The notes beneath the pieces are model-generated. The model saw nothing but the letters and a program-made list of their open reading frames with translations. It was not told the DNA's origin and made no database searches. Positions 35,811 to 45,323 of a stretch of DNA of 64,000 nt are shown here, in pieces (positions within the stretch are counted from its first letter, which is position 1; every line of letters starts with the position of its first letter). Position numbers and translations under genes: made by a program. Source of the stretch: an uncultured Pseudomonadota bacterium (GTDB taxonomy: Bacteria > Babelota > Babeliae > Babelales > JACPOV01); the NCBI GenBank assembly GCA_964620245.1, contig CAZUJC010000001.1, forward strand, positions 436-64,435, read 5' to 3'.

Positions 35811-36104
35811 TTACCCAGCCTGATTTGCATTTATGACTACTTGTCCATTACCGTTTTGCGGCTGCGTTGCACTAGTATTGTTATAATAATAGTGCGGCAC
35901 AAACCCAGCTCCTGGAAACTCAGAAGAATAATGCTGCGGAGATGCGTTATTTGTAACTGCCGCTCCCGTCAACACATTAACAATATTCTGATTGTGATTA
36001 TTAACTGGCGCTAATTGATGCGGATTGGTTTCTATGACCGGAGGATTGGCTGATAATGGACACACGCTCAACATAAACATGAGTGTCAACAAATTAAATT
36101 TCAT
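35811..36104 (-). CDS. Small secreted Asn/Gln-rich hypothetical protein
   Basis: 97 aa with signal peptide MKFNLLTLMFMLSVCPLSA/NP and an N/Q/P/H-rich mature part. Confidence 0.5.
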   Translation of the reverse strand: MKFNLLTLMFMLSVCPLSANPPVIETNPHQLAPVNNHNQNIVNVLTGAAVTNNASPQHYSSEFPGAGFVPHYYYNNTSATQPQNGNGQVVINANQAG

Positions 36105-36288
36105 AAATCTCTTCTTCTGTTAAAAAAAATGAAATAATTCAAAAATATACATATACTATACGGCATTTTGTCTTTTCATTCAATCAACATTTATGTACAT
36201 TTAATTGATCACTCACAAATTAATTTTTACACTAAAACTCTCTACTGAAATTCCATCATTTTCCATTTTAAAATGATAGTTATCAATC

Positions 36289-36720
36289 ATGCCTGTACCA
36301 ATTAAAAAATTTTTAACGACGCTTCTGCCTGCACAGCACAATTGGAAACTAACTCTATTGCAACAATGGCATACTATCATGGGCAACCTAAGAACGCATG
36401 TTACGCTTGAAAAAATGAGTGATGACACAATAACACTGGGTGTCTTCAATTCGAGCTGGATGCAAGAACTCTACCTCATTTCTCCAACAATTCTTGAAAC
36501 AATTAACAAAAATCTGGACCAGCCGCGCATAAAACAGATACGCTTTAAACAGATTGTGCAGAGAAAAAATAAGAAAATAGTGGTCAGCTTACCAAGCAAG
36601 CCCCAAGAGAGACAGGTATCACTAACCGTAACTGAAAAAAATGCGCTGGCTACTATCCAAGATCCTGAACTGCGGCAATCGCTGTATCATTTTTTAGTTC
36701 GTTGCCAACGGGAGAGATAA
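36289..36720 (+). CDS. DUF721/DciA-like protein
   Basis: The pattern WHTIMGNLRTHVTLEKMSDDTITLGVFNSSWMQELYLISPTILETINKNL matches the DUF721 core (W..i.G......t....l.dg.L.v.v.ss.W.qEL). Confidence 0.7.
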   Translation: MPVPIKKFLTTLLPAQHNWKLTLLQQWHTIMGNLRTHVTLEKMSDDTITLGVFNSSWMQELYLISPTILETINKNLDQPRIKQIRFKQIVQRKNKKIVVSLPSKPQERQVSLTVTEKNALATIQDPELRQSLYHFLVRCQRER

Positions 36721-38300
36721 TGAGGCATCACCTAACTACTTTTTTTTTGCTCTGCACGCTCTTAGGCAACTGCATTTCTACATTCCCAACACCTCCCGCT
36801 CATTTAGATGATACTCCGACCAATCCTTTTCATCTCTATTTTTGGGCATATTACAACGATTTAACGCACAATCATCCAGTTGCGCAAAAATGTTACGATG
36901 CAATTTTTCGCTCTGAAACATCTCCCTTTATCTATGCTGGCTATTTACACCATTTATTTAATACAAATCAATTTGAAAAAATTGTTTCACTTATTCCACA
37001 AATCGAAGCGCATTTTCCACAAAATCTTGATTTGCAAATTATTCTTGTAAAAGCACTTGAGCAAACTGGTAAACAAGCGCAAGCTGATAAGCGTATTATG
37101 ACTTTAGCTACTAATCACAGTACTAATCCTGAACTCATTTATTATGGTGCAGCAGCATACGTACGCGCACATCAATCCCAAGAAGCATTGGCGTTAATTG
37201 ATCGTTACCTAAAGAGCAAGCCTGAACGAGCATCGCATTTCATTTTTCATTTCATGAAAGCTCAAATACATTTACAACTTTTCCAAAAAGATGCCGCATT
37301 AGTCCACGTCGAAAAATGCTTAGAGCTCAATCCACACTTTGAACAAGGGTGGCTTCTTTCTGGATTGTTAAATGAGCTTTCAGGAAAAATCGATCAAGCG
37401 CTTGTTGGTTATCGCAACTTTCTTTCAATTGTTGGTAATGATAAAGCAGTTGAGCAGCAAATTTTAAATCTGATCATAAAGAAACAACAAAATAATTTAT
37501 TACCTTACAATGATCATTTGTTTAAAAAAGCAATTGAACTGAATAATCAAAAAAAACCGAAAATCGCGCTCAGTTTTATCAATCAATATCTTGTGCACTA
37601 CCCAGAAAACACTCAAGCTCATCTTTTTAAAATTGAACTTCTGTGTTCGCTACAAAAAGCTGCCCGCGCGGTTGAACTAATCAAACAACTCATTGTGCGC
37701 GAACCCACCAATCCTTTTTGGTATCACGTATTACATCTCTTATATGAAGCTCAATTGGAAAAACAACATATCACCTATGTTCTACAAATGCTTGAGCAAC
37801 GGTTTCCTAAAAACCTCTTGCCACTCTTTTATTTAATTGATATTTCACTCAAAAAAGATGACATGCAAACCGCATTTTATTATCTCAATCATGCACTTTC
37901 AGTAACGCACGACCCTATCATGCATGCAAAATTGCTGTATCAAATCTCACTCATGTACTATGCAAAAAAAGATTGGAACAGTATGATCGACACCCTCACT
38001 AACTGCCAATCACTGAAATATCATTTTGCACCGGCCTATCATCTGCTTGCCTATTATTATGTAACCGAAGAGAAAGATTTCACTAACGCACAAAAATATA
38101 TTGATCTTGCTCTTGCTCATGACAAATCAAATCGTGGTTTTTTAAACACTCAAGCACGCATCTGGTATAAACAAAAGCAGTACCAAAAAGTACCAGATCT
38201 GATGGCCTTAACTCCCTATCAACTACCAATTTCGTTTTCGCATTTAAAATATTGCGATAAATTACAAACCAAATACCAACAATTTTCAAAAACCAACTAG
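36720..38300 (+). CDS. Secreted tetratricopeptide-repeat protein
   Basis: Signal-like MRHHLTTFFLLCTLLGNC, followed by many 34-aa helical repeats with TPR-type A/Y/L spacing. The ATG at 36720 overlaps the upstream stop (TAATG) after GGGAGAG. Confidence 0.7.
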   Translation: MRHHLTTFFLLCTLLGNCISTFPTPPAHLDDTPTNPFHLYFWAYYNDLTHNHPVAQKCYDAIFRSETSPFIYAGYLHHLFNTNQFEKIVSLIPQIEAHFPQNLDLQIILVKALEQTGKQAQADKRIMTLATNHSTNPELIYYGAAAYVRAHQSQEALALIDRYLKSKPERASHFIFHFMKAQIHLQLFQKDAALVHVEKCLELNPHFEQGWLLSGLLNELSGKIDQALVGYRNFLSIVGNDKAVEQQILNLIIKKQQNNLLPYNDHLFKKAIELNNQKKPKIALSFINQYLVHYPENTQAHLFKIELLCSLQKAARAVELIKQLIVREPTNPFWYHVLHLLYEAQLEKQHITYVLQMLEQRFPKNLLPLFYLIDISLKKDDMQTAFYYLNHALSVTHDPIMHAKLLYQISLMYYAKKDWNSMIDTLTNCQSLKYHFAPAYHLLAYYYVTEEKDFTNAQKYIDLALAHDKSNRGFLNTQARIWYKQKQYQKVPDLMALTPYQLPISFSHLKYCDKLQTKYQQFSKTN

Positions 38301-38307
38301 GCATTCG

Positions 38308-39357
38308 ATGAAAACTTCATTTTGTTTTGTTGCTGGTGGCTCGGGAGGACACAGTATCCCCTGCTTGACCGTTGCGCATAATTACCGTCACCATTACCCA
38401 CAAGGATCTATTATATTTTTCACTTCAGCGCGTATGCTTGATCAAAAAATTTCTGAAGAGTACCCATGGCTTTCCCGTGTTGAACATCTCAAACTTAGTT
38501 CTTTTCCTACATGGCGCGTGTGGCGCTATCCCTTATTTTTTTGGTTTATTTTGAAATCATTCATAAAAGCATTCGCAATCTTGCGTAGCACCCGGCCAAA
38601 CAAATTGATCAGCATGGGAGGTTTTATTTCAATTCCTGTTTGCTTGGCTGCATCATTATTGGCAATCCCAATTGAGCTGTATGAACTTAATGCTGTTCCT
38701 GGCAAAGCGGTTCGTTTTTTATCATTTTTTGCACAACGAATTTTTATTTGTTTTGAACAAGCTCAATTAAAACTTCCGGAAGCTAAATGTATTTTTACCC
38801 CATATCCAATTCGATTTTCAAATAATACAGGCGCCCATCCAAAAAAATTATTTTCTCCAGCACAAAATCTGACACTGTTAATTGTTGGCGGTTCACAGGG
38901 CTCAGTATTCATTAACACCACTATTAAAAAATGGCTTTCACTACCAAACAGATTATCGCTTCCACTTACTATTATTCATCAAACGGGAACACAACATCTC
39001 AATGATATGCGCAAATTTTATGAAGATGCAGGCATTAATGCACACGTTTTTGATTATCATCATCAACTTGATTCGTATTATCAACAAGCAGACATTGTGG
39101 TGTGCCGTGCTGGCGCAGGAACATTGTTTGAACTATTGTTTTTCAACAAAATGTGTATCACTATTCCGCTCGAAGAATGCGCCGATAATCATCAATATGC
39201 AAATGCGGTCGCTCTCGCACAAAAATATCCAGATTTGGTAAGCGTAGTTCGCCAAGATGAACTGAAAAAAGATCCGGAACTACTTGATTGTGCACTCCGC
39301 CTTAAACTATTTCATGAAGGCCAACCATCAGGTTTTGAACCTAACCCAAACACGTAA
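38308..39357 (+). CDS. murG: Lipid II synthase MurG (UDP-GlcNAc transferase)
   Basis: N-terminal G-loop FVAGGSGGHSIP and the C-terminal CRAGAGTLFELLFFNKMCITIPL...DNHQYANA. Confidence 0.88.
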   Translation: MKTSFCFVAGGSGGHSIPCLTVAHNYRHHYPQGSIIFFTSARMLDQKISEEYPWLSRVEHLKLSSFPTWRVWRYPLFFWFILKSFIKAFAILRSTRPNKLISMGGFISIPVCLAASLLAIPIELYELNAVPGKAVRFLSFFAQRIFICFEQAQLKLPEAKCIFTPYPIRFSNNTGAHPKKLFSPAQNLTLLIVGGSQGSVFINTTIKKWLSLPNRLSLPLTIIHQTGTQHLNDMRKFYEDAGINAHVFDYHHQLDSYYQQADIVVCRAGAGTLFELLFFNKMCITIPLEECADNHQYANAVALAQKYPDLVSVVRQDELKKDPELLDCALRLKLFHEGQPSGFEPNPNT

Positions 39358-41228
39358 TAGTTCACACCACTTTTTCGCACTAACGGATAGTTAGCAATAC
39401 TAATTGGTCCGGTCAACAATGCATCAAGCATATGTTGCCCTTGCGGGGTAATTGCAACCGCATTTGTTTTTGGATCGATCGCCGCAAAAAGATTCTTGTT
39501 TCCTTTTTGTGATAAATAATTTTTTACGTCGGCCGCAACTTTCACTTTATCATTACTGTAACTATTTACCCAATTAATAAGATTAGTTGATAGTTCTTGC
39601 ATTATTTCTGGCTTAAGCACCAGCGCACCTGAGCTATCTTTTACATAATCACTATCATCAAGATACATATTACTTATTAATTGATCCATGCGCAGTTGTG
39701 GCGGTTGCACATAATAATAAAAATCTGCGGAGCTATCAACACCAATTGGCAAAAACCGATCTGCAAACAGGACAAATCCGGTCACTCCAGAACTGGTTGC
39801 ATCTTTGAGATTAACATCAATAATTTTTCCATTGCTATTTGCTTGCAATTTGCTCAAATCAAATTGGCCACTAACCAGTCCAACATCTGAATACACCGCT
39901 CCCTGTCCAATTTTTCCCGAAGCCAAACGATCAAGAAATTTTTTTGCCTGTGCATCATCGTTTGTTTGCAGTGCCACACCATACAACCATGCTTCTTTTT
40001 CTTTGATTTGAGGACGAATAATCGTAAAATCGATCACTTTACCAGCATCAACTTTTTGCATCAATTGATAATCGGCAGTTTTATAAACCATCCAAAACGA
40101 TTCTGCCGTATCAAATGGAATTGAATTAGGATCTGGCGCTTGCTTGCTTTGTGCAGCAACTTGTTGAGCTTGTGCAGCTGATTGCCGCCACACATGGCAT
40201 TTTACTGGATTAATATCACGCACTTTACCCGAAACCGGTTGAGGGAAATTACCAATCGAAAGGCCTTGCATACTCACTGCAGGTCCACTGGTGTCATCAT
40301 ACAATTGATAGGTGTACAACATTGGTCCTGCTGGGTCATATTGTTTGGTTACATCATTATAGGAAACATTACCAATACCAACTGGCTGTACAGGAATTGA
40401 TCCTGCTGGCTTACCACCTGCGGTAAAAACAAACGAACGTGTTTCACCAGGACCAGGGCGAATCGACGTTGGATTATTTGCAGTTGATTGCAATGAGTTG
40501 AATGATAATACCTCAAGCGTTACCGTATACTGTTTGCCATCTTTTGCAAAAACAAGCTGCCCATCTTGTTTGGAATTGTTAAAAAATACCCCTAAAAAAT
40601 CGGTGGTATCAGCTTTTACTCCCAGATATTCTGCTTTCAATTGTCCTTTGGCAAAATAAACACGGTAATAATAGGTATTATTATCATTTGAAGCCCACGG
40701 ATAAATTTGACGAAACAAAATCTGCAAATTACCAAATTGGCCACTCGCCAACGTTAAAAATTTATTAAGATCAGTTGCTGGAGTCAATTTTGCAAAAGTG
40801 TTATTGGCCGGATCACCATACAACACAACATTAAAATAGAGCTGTTGATTAAAGAACGTTTTTCCTGATGTTGAAAAAGGAGCAACGAGCGCCGCATTAT
40901 CGTAATCTTCAGAGATATTTGCACCCATTGCAGGAACAACTCGCTGTTGACCCGCAAGAACTATGACATTTGAATCGTTCCAAATGACATAACTGTAATG
41001 ATAATCAGCGGTCACTATCCCTACGCTTTGCCCCATTCCTTTAAGAAAGTTGACCCCTCCATCGGCTGCACCTTGCGCAGTATTGACAAATTTATCCTTA
41101 AGATCGCTCCATTTTTGATCAATTCCTTGTTGTTGATCGGTCCCTTGTTGCTGGCCCTGACCACCCGCGCAAACAGCACTTGCATACAACCCAAGCAGAA
41201 ACACTCTGCACATTACTCTCCATACCAT
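39312..41228 (-). CDS. Large secreted hypothetical protein
   Basis: The ATG at 41228 lies 5 nt after a perfect AAGGAGG. Signal peptide MVWRVMCRVFLLGLYASAVCA/GG, then a Gln-rich linker (GQGQQQGTDQQQG) and about 600 aa with no motif I recognise. The 3' end overlaps the murG 3' end by 46 nt. Confidence 0.65.
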   Translation of the reverse strand: MVWRVMCRVFLLGLYASAVCAGGQGQQQGTDQQQGIDQKWSDLKDKFVNTAQGAADGGVNFLKGMGQSVGIVTADYHYSYVIWNDSNVIVLAGQQRVVPAMGANISEDYDNAALVAPFSTSGKTFFNQQLYFNVVLYGDPANNTFAKLTPATDLNKFLTLASGQFGNLQILFRQIYPWASNDNNTYYYRVYFAKGQLKAEYLGVKADTTDFLGVFFNNSKQDGQLVFAKDGKQYTVTLEVLSFNSLQSTANNPTSIRPGPGETRSFVFTAGGKPAGSIPVQPVGIGNVSYNDVTKQYDPAGPMLYTYQLYDDTSGPAVSMQGLSIGNFPQPVSGKVRDINPVKCHVWRQSAAQAQQVAAQSKQAPDPNSIPFDTAESFWMVYKTADYQLMQKVDAGKVIDFTIIRPQIKEKEAWLYGVALQTNDDAQAKKFLDRLASGKIGQGAVYSDVGLVSGQFDLSKLQANSNGKIIDVNLKDATSSGVTGFVLFADRFLPIGVDSSADFYYYVQPPQLRMDQLISNMYLDDSDYVKDSSGALVLKPEIMQELSTNLINWVNSYSNDKVKVAADVKNYLSQKGNKNLFAAIDPKTNAVAITPQGQHMLDALLTGPISIANYPLVRKSGVNYYVFGLGSKPDGWPS

Positions 41229-41380
41229 ACCAGCCTCCTTGCTGCAGATTTCATTAAAATCCACAGATAGCCTACACCTCCGTTTGAGTGCGGTGCAAGG
41301 ATTGACCCATTGATTAAAATTGCAAAAACTGTAAACTTATTAATAATAAATAATTGAAATATTTACCCTTTGGAAATAAC

Positions 41381-42397
41381 ATGAAAAAAAGAGCCATATT
41401 TTACAGCACACTTACAATAATGCTCAGTATGCATTTTTCAATTCTTCCAATGCAGTTTCTTAGCAAGATAGCGCACATATCAAATAATTTCGGTCTCGCA
41501 AATGTTATTTATGGCACAATTGGATTAGGAACTTCATTGAACGCAATATATTCGTACAAACATGATAAAAATGTATTGCAAGGAATGAGCGCTCTTCCTC
41601 AAGATAATTTAGTTAAAAAGTTTGTTAACGATGTTGCTATTAATGAACTTGGACACAATGAACAATTCATTAAAAATCTTCATGTTATAAGTGACAATAA
41701 TAATCTCGCTAGAGGGGGCATCAATCATCTATTATTACCAATTGATGAAGATCGCTTAACATTGGCACGTCTCTTTAAAAATAATCAAACTCAGCTTTTA
41801 AACCAAAATCATCTTAATGCGCATAATGAGGACATTAAAAGAGAAGCGGATCGCTTAGATGTTTCTGTTGCAGATTTTTCACGTTATAAAAGTTTTTGGG
41901 GCAAAACGGCAAACAGCGAAACTTTTGATTTTTACAAAGCTGTTATTGGCCATGAAATTGAACATGTTTTACAAAATCATACGCTTAAGCGGGTAATATT
42001 CCCTTCTGTTGCTTTGTGCGTTGCACAATTGGGTGAGCTCGCTCTTAATAAATACATTTTTAATGGCTCGTTAACAAATTACCGGTTTACAGGATTATTG
42101 GCCAAATTAGCTTGCGTTTCTATAGGAAAAAAATTGTATTTACGATATCAAGAAAATCAGGCAGATAACGGTTTGATTAACCGCACAAAAGATCCAAAAA
42201 TATTAAGAGCATTGGCTAATGGGCTTGAAGCTTTTGATAAAGTGCAGCAAGCAAATTTTTCTACGAAATATCCTTCACTAAAAATTTTTGCATCTCCCTA
42301 TTCAAGCCTCTATGATCTCACGCATCCAAGCCTTTATGGCAGAGCAAAAAAACTTAATACCGCTGCTGACAAATTAGAAGCTCAAAACAGAACTTGA
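41381..42397 (+). CDS. Membrane-associated M48-like zinc metalloprotease
   Basis: HExxH in VIGHEIEHVLQNH and a downstream E-x2-AD third-ligand context (RYQENQADNGL), as in M48 peptidases. N-terminal hydrophobic segments. ATG at 41381; the ORF-track start is the TTG at 41354. Confidence 0.6.
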   Translation: MKKRAIFYSTLTIMLSMHFSILPMQFLSKIAHISNNFGLANVIYGTIGLGTSLNAIYSYKHDKNVLQGMSALPQDNLVKKFVNDVAINELGHNEQFIKNLHVISDNNNLARGGINHLLLPIDEDRLTLARLFKNNQTQLLNQNHLNAHNEDIKREADRLDVSVADFSRYKSFWGKTANSETFDFYKAVIGHEIEHVLQNHTLKRVIFPSVALCVAQLGELALNKYIFNGSLTNYRFTGLLAKLACVSIGKKLYLRYQENQADNGLINRTKDPKILRALANGLEAFDKVQQANFSTKYPSLKIFASPYSSLYDLTHPSLYGRAKKLNTAADKLEAQNRT

Positions 42398-42399
42398 AA

Positions 42400-44292
42400 T
42401 TAATTCCGATCGATAAAAATATCGATCGCTCCTAAATCATTTTGCGCGCAACGTTTTCCAGTTTTTTCATGAATGGTAATTTGCTGTAATGAAGGATCAA
42501 CAGTGAATTGTTTTTTTTCGTTTGGTAATTTTTGTTGCACATGTAACCACAGTGGAAATGCCGTTTTAGAGCCAAAAACATTTCGACCAAGAGATCGATT
42601 GTCATCACAACCAATGTAAATTCCTGTTGTATAGCTCGGTGTTGAACCAGTAAACCAACATGAGCGACATTTATCATGCGTACCAGTTTTACCAATTGCT
42701 GAGCAATCAAGAACATCAGGAAATCGTTTTTTTAATCGCTCCATACTTAATCCCAACACTTTTGCCACTTGATCATTCACTTTTGAACTCAGCACGCGAT
42801 TGGGTTCAATTTTCATTTTCCAAATTTTTGTGCCCACACTGTTCTTTATCCACCGAATTAGATGCGGTTCAACATAAATACCATTATTTGCAAATACATT
42901 AAACATGCCGACCGCTTCTTTGAGCGTTCCATCAACACACCCAAGCGCCAATGAAGGATAGGGCAAAATTTTTGCTGCTAAATTGAATCGTTGTGCAACA
43001 TTGACAACTTTTTGCACGCCAATTTTGAGCAATGTTTTGATCGTAACAATATTATTAGAATGCGAAAGCGCATAAGCAAGCGTCATTTGTCCATTAAATG
43101 TATTTGAGAAATTATCCGGCTTCCACACACTATTTTCTTGCACTAGCTCAAATGGTTCATCAACTTCGGTCTCAAACAATTGTACGCCATTTTCAAGAGC
43201 TGCCGCGTAAACCAACGGTTTAAAAATTGAACCAAATTGTCGGTACGCAGAGTGCGCACGATCAAATTGCGAAACTGCAAAATCATACCCACCTACCAAC
43301 GCTTTTATTTCACCACTTTTTACGTGCATGCATATGAGCGCACCATCAATTTCGGGCATCATTTTTACTCGTAATTGTGCGATATGTTTTTTAAATTCTT
43401 CGACCGCCCCTTTTTGCATGGCACTGTTCAATGTTGTTTGAATAACCAGCCCACCACGATACAAAGTGTCTCGACCAAACTCTTTTTCAACAAAATAGCG
43501 AATCCACTCTTTTGCGTGCGGTGCATTCATTGTTGAATGATCAACAATACCAATTTCTTGTTTTACTGCATGTTCGCATTGTTCACGTGAAATAAATTTA
43601 CACTGCAACATCGAGTTCAAAATAACATTGCGCCGGTGCTGACATGAAAGCGGAAACAAGAGTGGACAATAATTTTGTGGCGATTTCATAATTGCTGCTA
43701 ATACGGCTGCTTGATCAACCGATAGTTGGTCAATCGATTTGCCCCAAAATCGCTTAGCAGCTGCACCGATGCCATAAATTCCGCAGCCAAAATAAACATG
43801 ATTAAGATACAGTTCCATGATCTGATGTTTACTCAATTGTCGTTCAAGAAGAATTGCCACCACTTGTTCTTTAATTTTTCGCACAAATGTTTTTCGCGAA
43901 TCAAAATACAGTAAACGCACTAGCTGTTGTGTAATGGTACTTGCACCTTGCACTCGTTTTGCGTAATACACATTCACAAACAATGAACGAACTATACCGC
44001 GAAATGAAATACCAGCATGATGAAAAAATGAACGATCTTCTGCCGCTAAAAATGCTTGAATCACGTGTTCGGGAATTGCAGCAAATTCTACTGGATCGCA
44101 CCGCTCAATTTGAAATCGTGTTAATTCGTTGCCTCCGTCATCAAGCACAATTGACGGGCGCGCTTGAATATCATTTTGCAATGAAGCAACATCAATAGTT
44201 GGATAGATAAGAAAAAAAAATAAGACACCAAGCAAAAAAGCGAAGCAGCAAAAAAGAACACCAATCAGATACGAAAAAAACCGAAAAAACAT
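42400..44292 (-). CDS. mrcA: Class A penicillin-binding protein (glycosyltransferase plus transpeptidase)
   Basis: GT51 motifs AAEDRSFFHHAGI and GASTITQQLVR. Transpeptidase motifs SIFKP (SxxK), SHSNN (SxN) and KTGT. N-terminal TM anchor. Confidence 0.9.
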   Translation of the reverse strand: MFFRFFSYLIGVLFCCFAFLLGVLFFFLIYPTIDVASLQNDIQARPSIVLDDGGNELTRFQIERCDPVEFAAIPEHVIQAFLAAEDRSFFHHAGISFRGIVRSLFVNVYYAKRVQGASTITQQLVRLLYFDSRKTFVRKIKEQVVAILLERQLSKHQIMELYLNHVYFGCGIYGIGAAAKRFWGKSIDQLSVDQAAVLAAIMKSPQNYCPLLFPLSCQHRRNVILNSMLQCKFISREQCEHAVKQEIGIVDHSTMNAPHAKEWIRYFVEKEFGRDTLYRGGLVIQTTLNSAMQKGAVEEFKKHIAQLRVKMMPEIDGALICMHVKSGEIKALVGGYDFAVSQFDRAHSAYRQFGSIFKPLVYAAALENGVQLFETEVDEPFELVQENSVWKPDNFSNTFNGQMTLAYALSHSNNIVTIKTLLKIGVQKVVNVAQRFNLAAKILPYPSLALGCVDGTLKEAVGMFNVFANNGIYVEPHLIRWIKNSVGTKIWKMKIEPNRVLSSKVNDQVAKVLGLSMERLKKRFPDVLDCSAIGKTGTHDKCRSCWFTGSTPSYTTGIYIGCDDNRSLGRNVFGSKTAFPLWLHVQQKLPNEKKQFTVDPSLQQITIHEKTGKRCAQNDLGAIDIFIDRN

Positions 44293-44306
44293 GAGTAAAC
44301 ATTTGG

Positions 44307-44340
44307 TAATAAAAAATAGGCCGTATCGCTACGGCCTATT
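44307..44340 (-). terminator. Rho-independent terminator
   Basis: Perfect 11-bp stem AATAGGCCGTA/TACGGCCTATT (44315-44325 with 44330-44340) and a 4-nt loop. On the minus strand it runs into TTTTTTATTA. It lies 36 nt after the stop of the 44376-44762 gene and about 15 nt before the PBP start codon. Confidence 0.65.
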
Positions 44341-44375
44341 TAGTAAATTTTATAAATTTATTTTTTGCAAAAAAA

Positions 44376-44762
44376 TTAGCGACTTGCTTTGTAATTTGCA
44401 CTGCGCATTGTTGTTGGCGCTTCTTCTTCGTCATCGTTTTGTGCAACAAATGTTTTGTAAATTAAAGCTGCTACAACAACTGCTACTGCTACACCACCGT
44501 AGATGGTTTTATTTGCCAAAACATGAGTTGTTACTCGGTTGGTTTTTAAATTATTCCAAATATTTTCGAGTGAAAGAGTTGATGCTACATCTTTTTTTTC
44601 AGCAGCAGAATTATCTTTTTGTTCAATTTTTTGACCAGTCCCTGTTGATGTATTTTGGGGTGGTGTAACTGTATTAGGATCAGCTTGCATAGAATACACA
44701 CAGGTTGAACCAGCGAACATCATACCTGAAAAAAGAACTGCTAATACGAAATTTTTGTTCAT
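44376..44762 (-). CDS. Small signal-peptide protein with a C-terminal TM anchor
   Basis: 128 aa with N-terminal MNKNFVLAVLFSGMMFAGS, the hydrophobic IYGGVAVAVVVAALIY near the C-terminus, and an acidic tail. Confidence 0.55.
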   Translation of the reverse strand: MNKNFVLAVLFSGMMFAGSTCVYSMQADPNTVTPPQNTSTGTGQKIEQKDNSAAEKKDVASTLSLENIWNNLKTNRVTTHVLANKTIYGGVAVAVVVAALIYKTFVAQNDDEEEAPTTMRSANYKASR

Positions 44763-44873
44763 AAAATTAACTCCCTATATAAATTGTTTTTCATTTCGAA
44801 TACAAAGTTACTTGAATACCTTCGTTTGTCAATATAAAATCACCATTCAAGAGCTTCTTACACAAGGGAGAAT

Positions 44874-45323
44874 ATGTTGAACTTTTGTTTAGCACCACTT
44901 TTTTACAGCATGCTTTTGGTATTTCTTTTAATTGATTTATGTGCATGGCATTTATGCGCATTCCCTATTGTACAATTAGTGTGGTGTCTGTTTTCGGTTG
45001 CACTCTTTTCGCATAGCACCATTACGCGCTTGTGCATAACATTTACTGTTTTGTGTATGGAGCTATTTATTAGCATTGGTTCGAGTGGAGAATCAACCGC
45101 TTTGCTCATGTCTTCAGTTTTATGGATTGTGCCATTTTTGACATTTATTAATCATTCTCTTGAGTTCTTTCCCTATGCATTTAGTGTCAGCTCACTTTTA
45201 ATTTTTCGCACGTTTTGCCAACCATTGTGGCTGATTGAGTCGACTCTTGTGGTCTATACAATTGCACAAATTTTTGTTACTCTTATAAGTGTACGAATTC
45301 TTTTGAAATATAGGTCCATTTAA
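44874..45323 (+). CDS. Polytopic membrane protein, function unknown
   Basis: 149 aa with about 5 hydrophobic segments, preceded by AAGGGAGAAT. The stop codon abuts or overlaps the 5' end of RNase P RNA. MreD-like size and topology, but no motif supports that call. Confidence 0.5.
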   Translation: MLNFCLAPLFYSMLLVFLLIDLCAWHLCAFPIVQLVWCLFSVALFSHSTITRLCITFTVLCMELFISIGSSGESTALLMSSVLWIVPFLTFINHSLEFFPYAFSVSSLLIFRTFCQPLWLIESTLVVYTIAQIFVTLISVRILLKYRSI

